Assembly: GCF_042666615.1 (NCBI RefSeq)
Contig: NZ_JBHTDD010000005.1
Location: forward strand, 80,997-144,996
Origin: Plantactinospora sp. GCM10030261
GTDB lineage: Bacteria > Actinomycetota > Actinomycetes > Mycobacteriales > Micromonosporaceae
DNA: 64,000 nt
Direction of reading: 5' to 3'
Shown: positions 30,954-40,376 of the stretch, piece by piece
Layout of the letters: each line of letters starts with the position of its first letter
How positions within the stretch are numbered: position 1 is the stretch's first letter
The notes under the pieces: model-generated
The model's database searches: none
Told to the model about the DNA's origin: nothing
Seen by the model: only the letters and a program-made list of their open reading frames with translations
Program-made: the position numbers and the translations under genes

Positions 30954-33014
30954 ATGCGTGGCCCGCCCGCCGGCCGCGCAACTCACATGGATGTCATCTC
31001 CACCGGCCTCGGCGTCCTGCTCGCCGTCGTCCTCCTCATCGTCATCGTCCTGGCGATCATGGTCAGCCGACTCTTCAAGAAGGTCGAGCAGGGCAAGGCG
31101 CTGATCGTCTCGAAGGTGCGCCGGGTCGACGTGACCTTCACCGGTGCCGTCGTGCTGCCGGTCCTGCACAAGGCCGAGGTGATGGACATCTCGGTCAAGA
31201 CCATCGACATCGAGCGGTCCGGGCACGATGGCCTGATCTGCCGGGACAACATCCGCGCCGACATCAAAATCACGTTTTTTGTCCGGGTCAACAAGACCGT
31301 CGAAGACGTGATCAAGGTGGCACAGGCGATCGGTACCGCGCGGGCCAGCGACCAGCAGACCCTCCAGGCGCTGTTCAACGCGAAGTTCTCGGAGGCGCTG
31401 AAGACGGTCGGCAAGCAACTCGACTTCGTCGACCTCTACACCAAGCGGGACGAGTTCCGGGATCGGATCATCCAGGTCATCGGCACCGACCTCAACGGTT
31501 ACAGCCTCGAAGACGCGGCCATCGACATCCTCGAGCAGACCCCGCTCGACCAACTCGACCCGCGAAACATCCTCGATGCCCAGGGCATCCGAAAGATCAC
31601 TGAGCTGACCGCGGCCGAGCACGTGCGCACCAACGAATACCGGCGCAGCGAGGAGAAGGAGATCACCCGGCAGAACGTCGACGCCCGGGAGGCCATCCTG
31701 GAGCTGGAGCGGCGGGAGGCCGACGCGGAGGCGAAGCAGCGCCGCGAGGTCGAGACGATGCGGGCCCGCGAGGAGGCCGAGACCGCCCGGGTGCAGGCGG
31801 AGGAGCGGCTCAAGTCCGCCAGCGCGAACATCCGGACCGACGAGCAGTTGGGTATCCAGCACGAGAACCGCGCCCGGGAGATCGCCGTCGCGGAGAAGAA
31901 CCGGGAACGGGTCATCGCCATCGAGACCGAGCGGATCGAGAAGGACCGCATGCTCGAGGTGATCGGCCGGCAGCGGGAGACCGAACTGTCCACGATCGCC
32001 AAGGACAAGGAGGTCGAGGCCGAGAAGCGGGCGATCGCCGAGGTGATCCGGGAGCGGATCGCGGTCGAGAAGACCGTGGCCGAGCAGGAGGAGAACATCA
32101 AGCGCCTGCGGGTCGTCGAGGAGGCCGAGCGGACCCGCCAGGCGGTGGTCATCCAGGCCGAGGCCGAGGCCCAGGAGAACCTGGTCAAGGACATCAAGGC
32201 GGCCGAGGCGGCCGAGGCGGCGGCCAAGCACAAGGCCCGCGAGGAACTCGTGCTGGCCGAGGCCCGGCAGCAGGCGGCGGAGCTGGAGGCCCGGGCCAAG
32301 ATCCGGTTGGCGGAAGGCGTCCAGGCCGAGGCCGCGGCGAGCGGGCTGGCCGACGTCCAGGTCAAGGAGCGCAGCGCCGAGGCGATCGAGAAGGTCGGTC
32401 GCGCCGAGGTGGCCGTCGAACGCGAGCGTGCGATCATCGCCGCCGAGGCGGTCCGCGAGAAGCTCAAGGGCGAGGCGGAGGGCCTCACCGAGAAGGCCGC
32501 CGCGATGGCGGCGCTGGACGACGCGACCCGCGAGCACGAGGAGTACCGCATCCGGCTGGAAATGGAGAAGGAGGTCCGGCTCGCCGGCATAGATGTCCAC
32601 CGGCAGGTCGCCGAGGCACAGGCCATGGTGGTCTCGGCCGGTCTCGAGAAGGCGAACATTGACATCGTCGGCGGCGACAGCGTCTTCTTCGACAAGCTGC
32701 TCGGCTCGATCACGCTGGGCAAGAGCGTCGACGGGTTCATGAACCACTCGGACACCGCGCGTGGGCTCGCGAAGCCGTGGCTCGACGGAAGCTCGTCGTT
32801 CACCGACGACCTGACCAGAATGCTCGGCTCGATGGGCACCGCCGACATGCAGAACCTGACGATCTCGGCCTTCCTCCTCCAGCAGATCAAGGCGGGCGGG
32901 GCCGAGACGTCGGGCAAGCTGCGCGAACTGCTGGACGCGGCGCGGCGCCTGGGCGTTGCCGACGCGCCGCTGGCGGCCCTGACCGGAAACCGCGCGGTCC
33001 GGGCGGGTGAGTGA
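30954..33014 (+). CDS. Flotillin-family SPFH (band-7) protein, YqiK-like
   Basis: RBS 'GGGAGG' before ATG 30954; N-terminal TM helix; SPFH domain 'ALIVSKVRRVDVTFTGAVVLPVLHKAEVMDISVKTIDI'; long EA-rich coiled coil, C-terminal flotillin tail. Confidence 0.9.
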   Translation: MRGPPAGRATHMDVISTGLGVLLAVVLLIVIVLAIMVSRLFKKVEQGKALIVSKVRRVDVTFTGAVVLPVLHKAEVMDISVKTIDIERSGHDGLICRDNIRADIKITFFVRVNKTVEDVIKVAQAIGTARASDQQTLQALFNAKFSEALKTVGKQLDFVDLYTKRDEFRDRIIQVIGTDLNGYSLEDAAIDILEQTPLDQLDPRNILDAQGIRKITELTAAEHVRTNEYRRSEEKEITRQNVDAREAILELERREADAEAKQRREVETMRAREEAETARVQAEERLKSASANIRTDEQLGIQHENRAREIAVAEKNRERVIAIETERIEKDRMLEVIGRQRETELSTIAKDKEVEAEKRAIAEVIRERIAVEKTVAEQEENIKRLRVVEEAERTRQAVVIQAEAEAQENLVKDIKAAEAAEAAAKHKAREELVLAEARQQAAELEARAKIRLAEGVQAEAAASGLADVQVKERSAEAIEKVGRAEVAVERERAIIAAEAVREKLKGEAEGLTEKAAAMAALDDATREHEEYRIRLEMEKEVRLAGIDVHRQVAEAQAMVVSAGLEKANIDIVGGDSVFFDKLLGSITLGKSVDGFMNHSDTARGLAKPWLDGSSSFTDDLTRMLGSMGTADMQNLTISAFLLQQIKAGGAETSGKLRELLDAARRLGVADAPLAALTGNRAVRAGE

Positions 33015-36000
33015 GCCGGTGACCGCCGCGCAGCCGCGACCCGGTGCCGGTCCGGTGACGCCCGCCGGGGGCGCAGCCGGTCCGGCGCCGGACGCCGGCA
33101 CAGCTGCTGGTCCGGTGACGCCCGCCGGGGGCGCTGCCGGTCCGGTGACGGACGCCGGCACCGCAGCCGGCCCGGGGCTGGACGCCGGCAGCTACGAGGT
33201 GCTCCGGACCCGACTCGCCGACCGGGCCGCCGAACTGGCCCGCCGGGCGGATCGGCTGAACGCGGACCGACTCGCCGTGTTCGGTGGCACCGAACTGCGA
33301 CTGCTGGGCACCGAGCGGATTCGCACCAGACACAACTGCGTGCCTCGGGACATCGTGCCGATCGGCGGGCTGATGCTGTTCGGCTACAACGTCTTCATCG
33401 GTCTCAAGCCGGAGACGGAGGTCGACGACGTCTTCTCCCTGCACCGTTTTGTGCGGGAACCGGCCGAGGGCGGTCAGCCCGCCGACGGTGCCGGTCGACC
33501 GGCCGACGGTGCCGGTCGACCGGCCGACGGTGATGGTCAGCCCGCTGACGGTGCCGGTCGACCGGCCGGGAACAGCGGCGAGGACACCTTCCGGTTCGCC
33601 GACGTGCCGGCCGACGACCTGCCCGAGCTGCTCCGCGACCCGCAGTTCCGCCGCGACTTCGCCGAGCTGTACCGCTACTACCGGCAGACCCGGCTGCTGC
33701 AACTGCGCCGCTTGGGCGGTCGCCTGCTGGCGGTCTTCGCCACCGGCGAGCGGGCCGACGACATCCGGGTACTGCGCTGGCGGATCGGCACCGACGGCTC
33801 CGTCGAATACCTGGACAACCGGGGCGAGCGGGAGCACGTCTTCCCACCCGCTCATGACTTCGAGTGGATCGAGACGACCCGGGAAGACCACGTCCTCGGT
33901 CGGCATCCGCACGTCTCCATTCAGGGCAAGGTGTTCGTCGAGACGGTCGGGGGAACGCTTACCGTCAAGGTGGAGGACAACACCGAGTCCGGCGAGGGCA
34001 TCTACACCGAACCGGTCGACGAACCGTTGCAGAGCCTCGCCGACTCCGACATCCACTACGCGCCGGTCGGGCCGCTGATCCTGATGCGGCTGCGGCCGTA
34101 CCGGGAAACCACCTGGCGTCACCTGGTTTTCAACACCCTGACCAACGACGTCGTGCGGCTGGACGGGATAGGGACAGCCTGCCAGCGCCTGCCCGAGGAC
34201 CAGGGGATCATCTTCCCGGGCGGCTACTACCTGACCACCGGCGCCCGGCGCACCTTCGACACCGACGTGACCGACCTGGAGTTCGAGGGGGCCATCCGGT
34301 CCAGCAACGGCGAGGACGTGCTGTACGTCTTCCACGCCCGCGCTGAGGGTCGGTCGCTGCTGTTGCCGTACAACATGATTCGCAAGGAGGTCGGGACGCC
34401 GATTCCCGGGCACGGCTACTCGCTGTTCGAGGACGGCACGCTTGTCGTGTTCCGGGCCACGTCGGAGGAACCGACCCGGGTCCATCCGATGCAGATCTGG
34501 CAAACCCCGTACCTGTCCGAGAGCTACGCCGCCGCACAACCCGTCGGCACCGGGCCGCTGGAACGGGTCGGCAACGCCGATCTCGTCCGCGGCATCTCCG
34601 ACTGCCTGTCGGTGGCGCGCATGGTGGACGAGATGAGCCCGGCCGCGCCGGTCTTCGAGGCGTTGATCGCGGCCTGCGCACGGGCGTTCGACCACTACCA
34701 CTGGTTGGCGGACGAGGAGTTCGGGCGGCTCGCCGAACCGCTGACCGAGGTGCGGGCCACCGCCCAACAGGTGCTTGACGAGTTCGAGAAGGTCCAGTCG
34801 CTCACCGCGCACGCCAACGCCCAGGTGGACGAGGCGGAGGAGCGGATCGGCGCGCTGGTCCGGCGGGCCCACGGAGCCACCCCGCTCACCGCCGACGAGT
34901 GGATCCGGCAGCTCGCGGCGCTCCGTCAGGAGCAGGGCCACCTGGTCACCCTGCGGGAGTTGCGGTACGTCGACGTCGACCGGCTCGCCGGGCTGACCTC
35001 CCGGCTGGACGGGGAGCTGGACACCACGGGCCGCCGGGCGATCGAGTTCCTGCGCCGGGACGACGCGTTCGCCGGCTACGCGACCGAGGTGGACCGGCTG
35101 GCCACCGAGGCCAAGGAGATCGGAACGGCGGCCGAGGCCGGCCCGATCGCCGAGCGATTGGCCGAACACACCGCCGGCCTGCAGACGGTCACCGACGTGG
35201 TGAGCACGCTGGACATCGGCGACGCGACCGTTAGGACCGGCATCCTGGCCCGGGTCGGTGAGGTGCTCGGCGGCGTCAACCGGGCCCGTGCCCAGCTCGA
35301 CGCCCGCCGCCGGGATCTGCTCGCCGCCGAGGGACGGGCCGGGTTCGCGGCCGAGTTCGCGCTGCTCGGCCAGGCGATCACCGGAGCCCTGGCGGCGGCC
35401 GACACCGCCGAGAAGTGTGACGAGCAGCTCGGGCGGCTGCTGCTGCGGGTGGAGGACCTGGAATCCCGGTTCGCCGACTTCGACGACTTCCTGGCCGAGC
35501 TGGCCACCCGGCGTACCGACGTCTACGAGGCGTTCTCGGCCCGCAAGCAGACCTTGCTGGACGAGCGGGCCCGCCGGGCGGACCGGCTGGTCTCCTCGGC
35601 GGACCGCATCCTGGTGAGCGTGCAGCGGCGGCTGGCCGGGCTGCGCTCGCTCGACGAGGTGAACACCTACTTCGCCGGCGATCCGATGATCACCAAGCTG
35701 CGCTCGGTGGTCGAGGAACTGCGTACCCTGGGCGACCCGGTCCGGGCCGCGGAGCTGGACGGCCGGATCGGCGCCGCCCGGCAGGAAGCCGGGCGGGCCC
35801 TGCGGGATCGGCTCGACCTGTACTCCGACGGCGGCGCCACCGTGCGGTTGGGGCGGCACCGGTTCCCGGTCAACTCCCAACCCGTCGACGTCACGCTGAT
35901 CCCCCAGGACGGGCGGATGACGGTGGCGGTCACCGGAACCGACTACCGGGTCCCGGTCCGCGACGGGGTCCTGGACGGCGGCCGGGAGTTCTGGGACCAG

Positions 36001-38298
36001 CTTCTCGTCTCGGAGTCGCCGGAGGTCTACCGGGCCGAGTTCCTGGCCACCGCCATCCTGGCGGACGCCGAGGTCGGTCGGGATGGGCCGGACCTGGACG
36101 CGTTGCACCAGGCGGCCGTCGATCCGGACGCGTTGCGGGAGCTGGTGCGGGCGACGGCCGAGACCCGGTACGACGAGGGCTACGAGCGCGGCGTGCACGA
36201 TCGGGACGCCGCCGAGATCCTCGCCGCGCTGCTCCGCATGCACGCCGGCGTCGGGCTGCTCCGCTACCCGCCAGCCGCCCGCGCCGCGGCTCAACTGTTC
36301 TGGAGTCACGGCGCCGACGAGTCGGCCCGGACCGGCTGGGCGATGCGGGCCACCTCGCTGGCCCGGGCCCGGGCCCGGTTCGGTCGCCGCGCCGGCACGG
36401 CGGCGGCCCTCGACGAGTTGCACGCCGAGCTGGGTGGCGGCATCGATGAGTTCCTGCGCGATGCCGGCCTGCCCGGGCCGGCGGCCGAACACCGGCTGGC
36501 CGGGGAGTACCTGGCCGAGGAGCTGGCGCAGGCGCCGCCGGGCTTCGTCACCAGTGCCGGTGCCCGCGAACTGCTCCGCCGGTTCCGGGCCGCGCTGGGT
36601 GGCCCGCAGGCGCCGGCCGCCAAGGAACTCGGCGACGACCTGCGGGCCCTCGGTGACGACCTGGCCGCCCGGCACCAACTGGTCGAGGCGTGGCTCTCCG
36701 CCTTCCTGGCCGAGGCCGGGGCGGCCGGCACCGAGGCGGGTTCGGCCGGTGGCGAGGCGGGTTCGGCCGGTGGCGAGGCCGGCGCTGCGGACAGCAGCGC
36801 GGCCAGCGCGGTCGACCTCCCGGAAGCCGTGGCGATCGAAGTCTGTGGCGCCGGTCTGCCGCGGCACGATTCGGCCGCGACCCGCACCGAGACGGTGGGT
36901 GGGCTGCTCGGCGCCCATCCCCGGATCACCGGCTCGGCGCTGACCCTGCGGTTGGACGAGGTGCTTGCCCGAACCCGACGGTTCCGGGTGGAGCGGGTGC
37001 CCGCCTATCGGGAGTACCAGCGGCGGCGCAACGATCTGGTGGCGACGGAACGGGACCGGCTGCGGCTCGCCGAGTACCGCCCCAAGGTGATGAGCGCGTT
37101 CGTCCGCAACCGGCTGCTGGACGAGGTCTACCTGCCGTTGATCGGCGACAACCTGGCCCGCCAGCTCGGCTCGGCAGGCGACGGCGAGCGGGTCGACCAG
37201 ATGGGCCTGCTGTTGCTGATCTCGCCGCCGGGCTACGGCAAAACCACCGTCATGGAGTACGTCGCCAGCCGGCTCGGCCTCGTCTTCGTCAAGGTGAACG
37301 GGCCGGCGCTCGGCTCGGGGGTGACCTCGGTGGACCCCGCCGAGGCGCCGAACGCGACCGCGCGACAGGAGGTGGAGAAGATCTCCTTCGCCCTGGAGTG
37401 CGGCAGCAACGTGCTGCTCTATCTGGACGACATCCAGCACACCTCGCCGGAGCTGCTACAGAAGTTCGTCTCGCTGTGCGACGCGCAGCGCCGGATGGAG
37501 GGCGTCTGGGACGGCCGCACCCGCACGTACGACCTGCGCGGCAAGCGGTTCGCGGTGTGCATGGCCGGAAACCCGTACACCGAGTCGGGGCAGCGGTTCC
37601 GGGTGCCGGACATGCTCGCCAACCGGGCCGACGTGTGGAACCTCGGTGACGTGCTGGCCGGCCGGGAGGAGGTGTTCGCGCTGAGTTATCTGGAGAACGC
37701 GCTGACGTCGAACCCGGTGCTCGCGCCCGTGGCCGGACGGGAACGCGGCGACATCGAGTTGCTGGTCCGGATCGCCCGGGGCGACGGGTCGGTGCGCGCG
37801 GACCAGCTGGACCACCCGTACTCGCCGGTGGAACTCGAACAGATCGTCTCGGTGCTGCGCAAGCTGATCCGGGTGCAGCAGGTCGTGCTGGCGGCCAACC
37901 AGGCGTACATCGCCTCTGCCGCCCAGGCCGACGCGTCCCGTACCGAACCGCCGTTCCAGCTCCAGGGTTCGTACCGGAACATGAACAAGATGGCCGCCCG
38001 GATCGTCCCGGTGATGGACGACGAGGAACTGGAGGCGTTGATCGACGACCACTATGTCGGTGAGGCGCAGACCCTGGCCGCCGGCGCCGAGGCGAACCTG
38101 CTCAAGCTCGCCGAGTTGCGTGGCCGGCTCACCGACGAGCAGGCCCGACGGTGGGCCGAGGTGAAGGCCGGCTTCCTGCGGGCCAAGGCGCTCGGCGGTT
38201 CGGGTGACGACCCGGTGGACCGGGCGGTCGGCGCTCTGGGCCTGCTCGCCGACCGGGTCGGCGCCGTCCAGACCGCCATCGAACGCGCCGCCCGGTAA
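33007..38298 (+). CDS. 1763-aa giant protein: repeat-rich disordered N-terminus, ~1100-aa helical body, single C-terminal MoxR/AAA_5-like AAA+ ATPase domain
   Basis: The GTG start overlaps the flotillin stop by 8 nt. Tandem repeats 'PVTPAGGAAGP' (~33060-33180), 'ADGAGRPADGAGRP' (~33475-33570) and 'GSAGGEAGSAGGEAG' (~36750-36790). Walker A 'LLLISPPGYGKTT' (~37220), Walker B 'VLLYLDDIQH', and 'CMAGNPYTESGQRFRVPDMLANRAD' (sensor/Arg-finger-like, as in MoxR). Confidence 0.8.
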   Translation: MSEPVTAAQPRPGAGPVTPAGGAAGPAPDAGTAAGPVTPAGGAAGPVTDAGTAAGPGLDAGSYEVLRTRLADRAAELARRADRLNADRLAVFGGTELRLLGTERIRTRHNCVPRDIVPIGGLMLFGYNVFIGLKPETEVDDVFSLHRFVREPAEGGQPADGAGRPADGAGRPADGDGQPADGAGRPAGNSGEDTFRFADVPADDLPELLRDPQFRRDFAELYRYYRQTRLLQLRRLGGRLLAVFATGERADDIRVLRWRIGTDGSVEYLDNRGEREHVFPPAHDFEWIETTREDHVLGRHPHVSIQGKVFVETVGGTLTVKVEDNTESGEGIYTEPVDEPLQSLADSDIHYAPVGPLILMRLRPYRETTWRHLVFNTLTNDVVRLDGIGTACQRLPEDQGIIFPGGYYLTTGARRTFDTDVTDLEFEGAIRSSNGEDVLYVFHARAEGRSLLLPYNMIRKEVGTPIPGHGYSLFEDGTLVVFRATSEEPTRVHPMQIWQTPYLSESYAAAQPVGTGPLERVGNADLVRGISDCLSVARMVDEMSPAAPVFEALIAACARAFDHYHWLADEEFGRLAEPLTEVRATAQQVLDEFEKVQSLTAHANAQVDEAEERIGALVRRAHGATPLTADEWIRQLAALRQEQGHLVTLRELRYVDVDRLAGLTSRLDGELDTTGRRAIEFLRRDDAFAGYATEVDRLATEAKEIGTAAEAGPIAERLAEHTAGLQTVTDVVSTLDIGDATVRTGILARVGEVLGGVNRARAQLDARRRDLLAAEGRAGFAAEFALLGQAITGALAAADTAEKCDEQLGRLLLRVEDLESRFADFDDFLAELATRRTDVYEAFSARKQTLLDERARRADRLVSSADRILVSVQRRLAGLRSLDEVNTYFAGDPMITKLRSVVEELRTLGDPVRAAELDGRIGAARQEAGRALRDRLDLYSDGGATVRLGRHRFPVNSQPVDVTLIPQDGRMTVAVTGTDYRVPVRDGVLDGGREFWDQLLVSESPEVYRAEFLATAILADAEVGRDGPDLDALHQAAVDPDALRELVRATAETRYDEGYERGVHDRDAAEILAALLRMHAGVGLLRYPPAARAAAQLFWSHGADESARTGWAMRATSLARARARFGRRAGTAAALDELHAELGGGIDEFLRDAGLPGPAAEHRLAGEYLAEELAQAPPGFVTSAGARELLRRFRAALGGPQAPAAKELGDDLRALGDDLAARHQLVEAWLSAFLAEAGAAGTEAGSAGGEAGSAGGEAGAADSSAASAVDLPEAVAIEVCGAGLPRHDSAATRTETVGGLLGAHPRITGSALTLRLDEVLARTRRFRVERVPAYREYQRRRNDLVATERDRLRLAEYRPKVMSAFVRNRLLDEVYLPLIGDNLARQLGSAGDGERVDQMGLLLLISPPGYGKTTVMEYVASRLGLVFVKVNGPALGSGVTSVDPAEAPNATARQEVEKISFALECGSNVLLYLDDIQHTSPELLQKFVSLCDAQRRMEGVWDGRTRTYDLRGKRFAVCMAGNPYTESGQRFRVPDMLANRADVWNLGDVLAGREEVFALSYLENALTSNPVLAPVAGRERGDIELLVRIARGDGSVRADQLDHPYSPVELEQIVSVLRKLIRVQQVVLAANQAYIASAAQADASRTEPPFQLQGSYRNMNKMAARIVPVMDDEELEALIDDHYVGEAQTLAAGAEANLLKLAELRGRLTDEQARRWAEVKAGFLRAKALGGSGDDPVDRAVGALGLLADRVGAVQTAIERAAR

Positions 38299-38301
38299 CC
38301 C

Positions 38302-38330
38302 GGGCAACCTCGCACCGCCCCGACTCCGTT
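38302..38330 (+). promoter_or_regulatory. Candidate ECF-type promoter (GGCAAC-N18-CGTT) upstream of the second ECF sigma gene
   Basis: 'GGGCAACctcgcaccgccccgactcCGTT' resembles the ECF 'GGAAC-N16-17-CGTT' autoregulated promoter consensus. Spacing is 1 nt long. Confidence 0.35.
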
Positions 38331-38358
38331 TGATCGGTGTAGACGAGGGGGTGGCCGG

Positions 38359-38901
38359 TTGTCGGCGGACGTCGAGGGATACCGCGAGTACGTGACGGCG
38401 CGGCTGGATCCGCTGCGCCGGACGGCGTACCTGCTCTGCGGCGACTGGCACACGGCGGACGACCTGGTGTCGACGGCACTTGTGAAGCTGCTCCGCCACT
38501 GGCGTCGGGTGTCCCGGATGGACAACATCGACGCCTACGTCCGGCGGACGCTGCTGCGGGCCTGGCTCGACGAGCGGCGCCGGCCGTGGCGGCGGGAGGC
38601 GTCCTGGGCACAGGTGCCCGACGTTCCGGTGCCGGCCGGCGGCGCCAACCGGGTGACGGAGGGCAGTGACCAGACCGTCGACCGGCTCGCCATCCTCGCT
38701 CTGCTGGCCGAGTTGCCGCCCCGGCGGCGGGCCGTGCTCGTGCTGCGGTTTTTCTGCGACCTGTCGGTCGAGGAGACCGCCGAGGAGATGGGCTGCTCAC
38801 CGGGCACTGTGAAGAGTCAGACCGCCCGGGCGATCGAGTCGTTGCGCGCGCGACTCGCCCGCCCGGCGGTCGTCAGCGAGGGAGTACGCAACGATGGATG
38901 A
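38359..38901 (+). CDS. ECF sigma factor (SigE-type, TIGR02983-like)
   Basis: 'DLVSTALVKLLRHWRRV' sigma-2, 'LPPRRRAVLVLRFFCDLSVEETAEEMGCSPGTVKSQTARAIESLR' sigma-4; TTG start after 'GAGGGGG'. Confidence 0.8.
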   Translation: MSADVEGYREYVTARLDPLRRTAYLLCGDWHTADDLVSTALVKLLRHWRRVSRMDNIDAYVRRTLLRAWLDERRRPWRREASWAQVPDVPVPAGGANRVTEGSDQTVDRLAILALLAELPPRRRAVLVLRFFCDLSVEETAEEMGCSPGTVKSQTARAIESLRARLARPAVVSEGVRNDG

Positions 38902-39769
38902 CCTACCCAATCTGCTGCGCGCCGCGGCGACCGACCCGCCGCCGACCCGCCTCGACATCGACCGGCTGATCAACACCGAACGGCGCCGGTCCCGTACCCG
39001 GGCCTGGACCCTCACCGGCACCGGCGCCGCCGCGTTGGTGGCCGCCGTCCTGGTCATCCCGGCAGTGGTGGCCGGGCCCGGTGCCGGCCCGGTCGGCGGG
39101 GGACTGCCGGTCGCCGCCCCGAACGGCACCACCTCGGCCGCCACCCCGAACGGCACCACCCCGACCGCGGTCGCGCCCTGCGCGCCGGTCGTGCCCGAGG
39201 CGAGCGGGCCACCGGGGCCGTTGCAGTCGTACGACACGGTCCAGCCGCGGCCGACGGAGGCCCCGGATGACGCGGTCGTCCGGCTGACCCTGACGCTCAA
39301 CGAGACGCTCGCCCGAGCGTTGCCGGCCGGCAGCCGGGTGGAACCGGTGCAGCCGTCCTGCCGGCAACCGCAGTTCCAGTACGACCCCCAGCGCCGCGAG
39401 TACACGGCCGTCGCCCGGTTGCACCGCGATGACCGGGTCGGTGGCCTGATCGTGGTGCTCCAACCGAGCGGCACCCAGCGACTCGTCTGCATTCACACCG
39501 ACGACCCGAACGGCTGCCAGCGCAGCGAGTTGCCCGGCGGCGGACAACTGCTCGCCGAGGAGGTCGCCCCGGAGGGACCGACGGGGTTCGTGCAGCGTTC
39601 GCTGCTGCTGGAACGCCCGGACGGGACGACGGTGCGGTTCACGCTCACCAACACCGTGGAAACCAGACCGGAGCAGGGACCGCTGCCCAGCGGGAAACTC
39701 CCGCCATTGAGCCTGGCTGAGCTGACCGCTCTGGGCACCGAAGGCTCCGCTCTCACCCTGTATCCGTAG
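38894..39769 (+). CDS. Putative anti-sigma-factor-like membrane protein (partner of the upstream ECF sigma)
   Basis: Overlaps the sigma stop by 8 nt; short cytoplasmic N-terminus, a single TM helix 'GAAALVAAVLVIPAVVAG', and an extracytoplasmic C-terminal domain. Confidence 0.6.
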   Translation: MDDLPNLLRAAATDPPPTRLDIDRLINTERRRSRTRAWTLTGTGAAALVAAVLVIPAVVAGPGAGPVGGGLPVAAPNGTTSAATPNGTTPTAVAPCAPVVPEASGPPGPLQSYDTVQPRPTEAPDDAVVRLTLTLNETLARALPAGSRVEPVQPSCRQPQFQYDPQRREYTAVARLHRDDRVGGLIVVLQPSGTQRLVCIHTDDPNGCQRSELPGGGQLLAEEVAPEGPTGFVQRSLLLERPDGTTVRFTLTNTVETRPEQGPLPSGKLPPLSLAELTALGTEGSALTLYP

Positions 39770-39830
39770 GGCTCAGCCGACACCGGCGCCGGGCCGGCGG
39801 GCCGGCGAGGGGATCCGGCACCATGAACGG

Positions 39831-40376
39831 GTGCTGATCAGAGAAGCCACCCCCGAGGACTGGCCGGCGATCTGGCCGTTCCTGCGCCGGATCGTGGCCG
39901 CTGGCGAGACGTACGCGATGGACCGGGACATCACCGCGGACCGGGCGCGGACCTGGTGGATGCCGCCACCACCGACCCGCGTCGTGGTCGCGGTGGACGG
40001 TGCCGGCACGGTCGTCGGGTCGGCGAAGCTCTACCCCAACCACCCCGCGCAGGGCTCGCACGTGGGCAGCGCCAGCTTCATGGTGGACCCGGACCGCGCC
40101 GGGGAGGGAATCGGCCGGGCCCTCGGCGAGTACATCGTCGAACAGGCCCGCGCCGAGGGCTTTCGCGCCATGCAGTTCAACGCCGTGGTCGAGACGAACT
40201 CCTCGGCCGTACGGCTGTGGCGGTCGCTCGGTTTCGCGGTGCTCGCCACCGTGCCGGAGGCGTTCCATCATCCGGCGCACGGCTACGTGGGTTTGCACAT
40301 CATGCACCGCTGGCTTCGACGCTCACCTCCCGCGGCTGGGTCGACGCGATCAGGATCGCGATCGCCCCGCCGGTGA
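39831..40376 (+). CDS. GNAT-family N-acetyltransferase
   Basis: Acetyl-CoA-binding motif 'RAGEGIGRALGEYIVEQARAEGFRAMQ'. Confidence 0.8.
   Translation: MLIREATPEDWPAIWPFLRRIVAAGETYAMDRDITADRARTWWMPPPPTRVVVAVDGAGTVVGSAKLYPNHPAQGSHVGSASFMVDPDRAGEGIGRALGEYIVEQARAEGFRAMQFNAVVETNSSAVRLWRSLGFAVLATVPEAFHHPAHGYVGLHIMHRWLRRSPPAAGSTRSGSRSPRR

Noticed and set aside
32887-37440. 1517-aa ORF on the minus strand, antisense to the giant gene
   Set aside because: The translation is Arg/Pro/Gly-rich low complexity, typical of antisense frames in >70% GC DNA. The sense-strand ORF has the coherent domains (P-loop, Walker B) and the coupled start.
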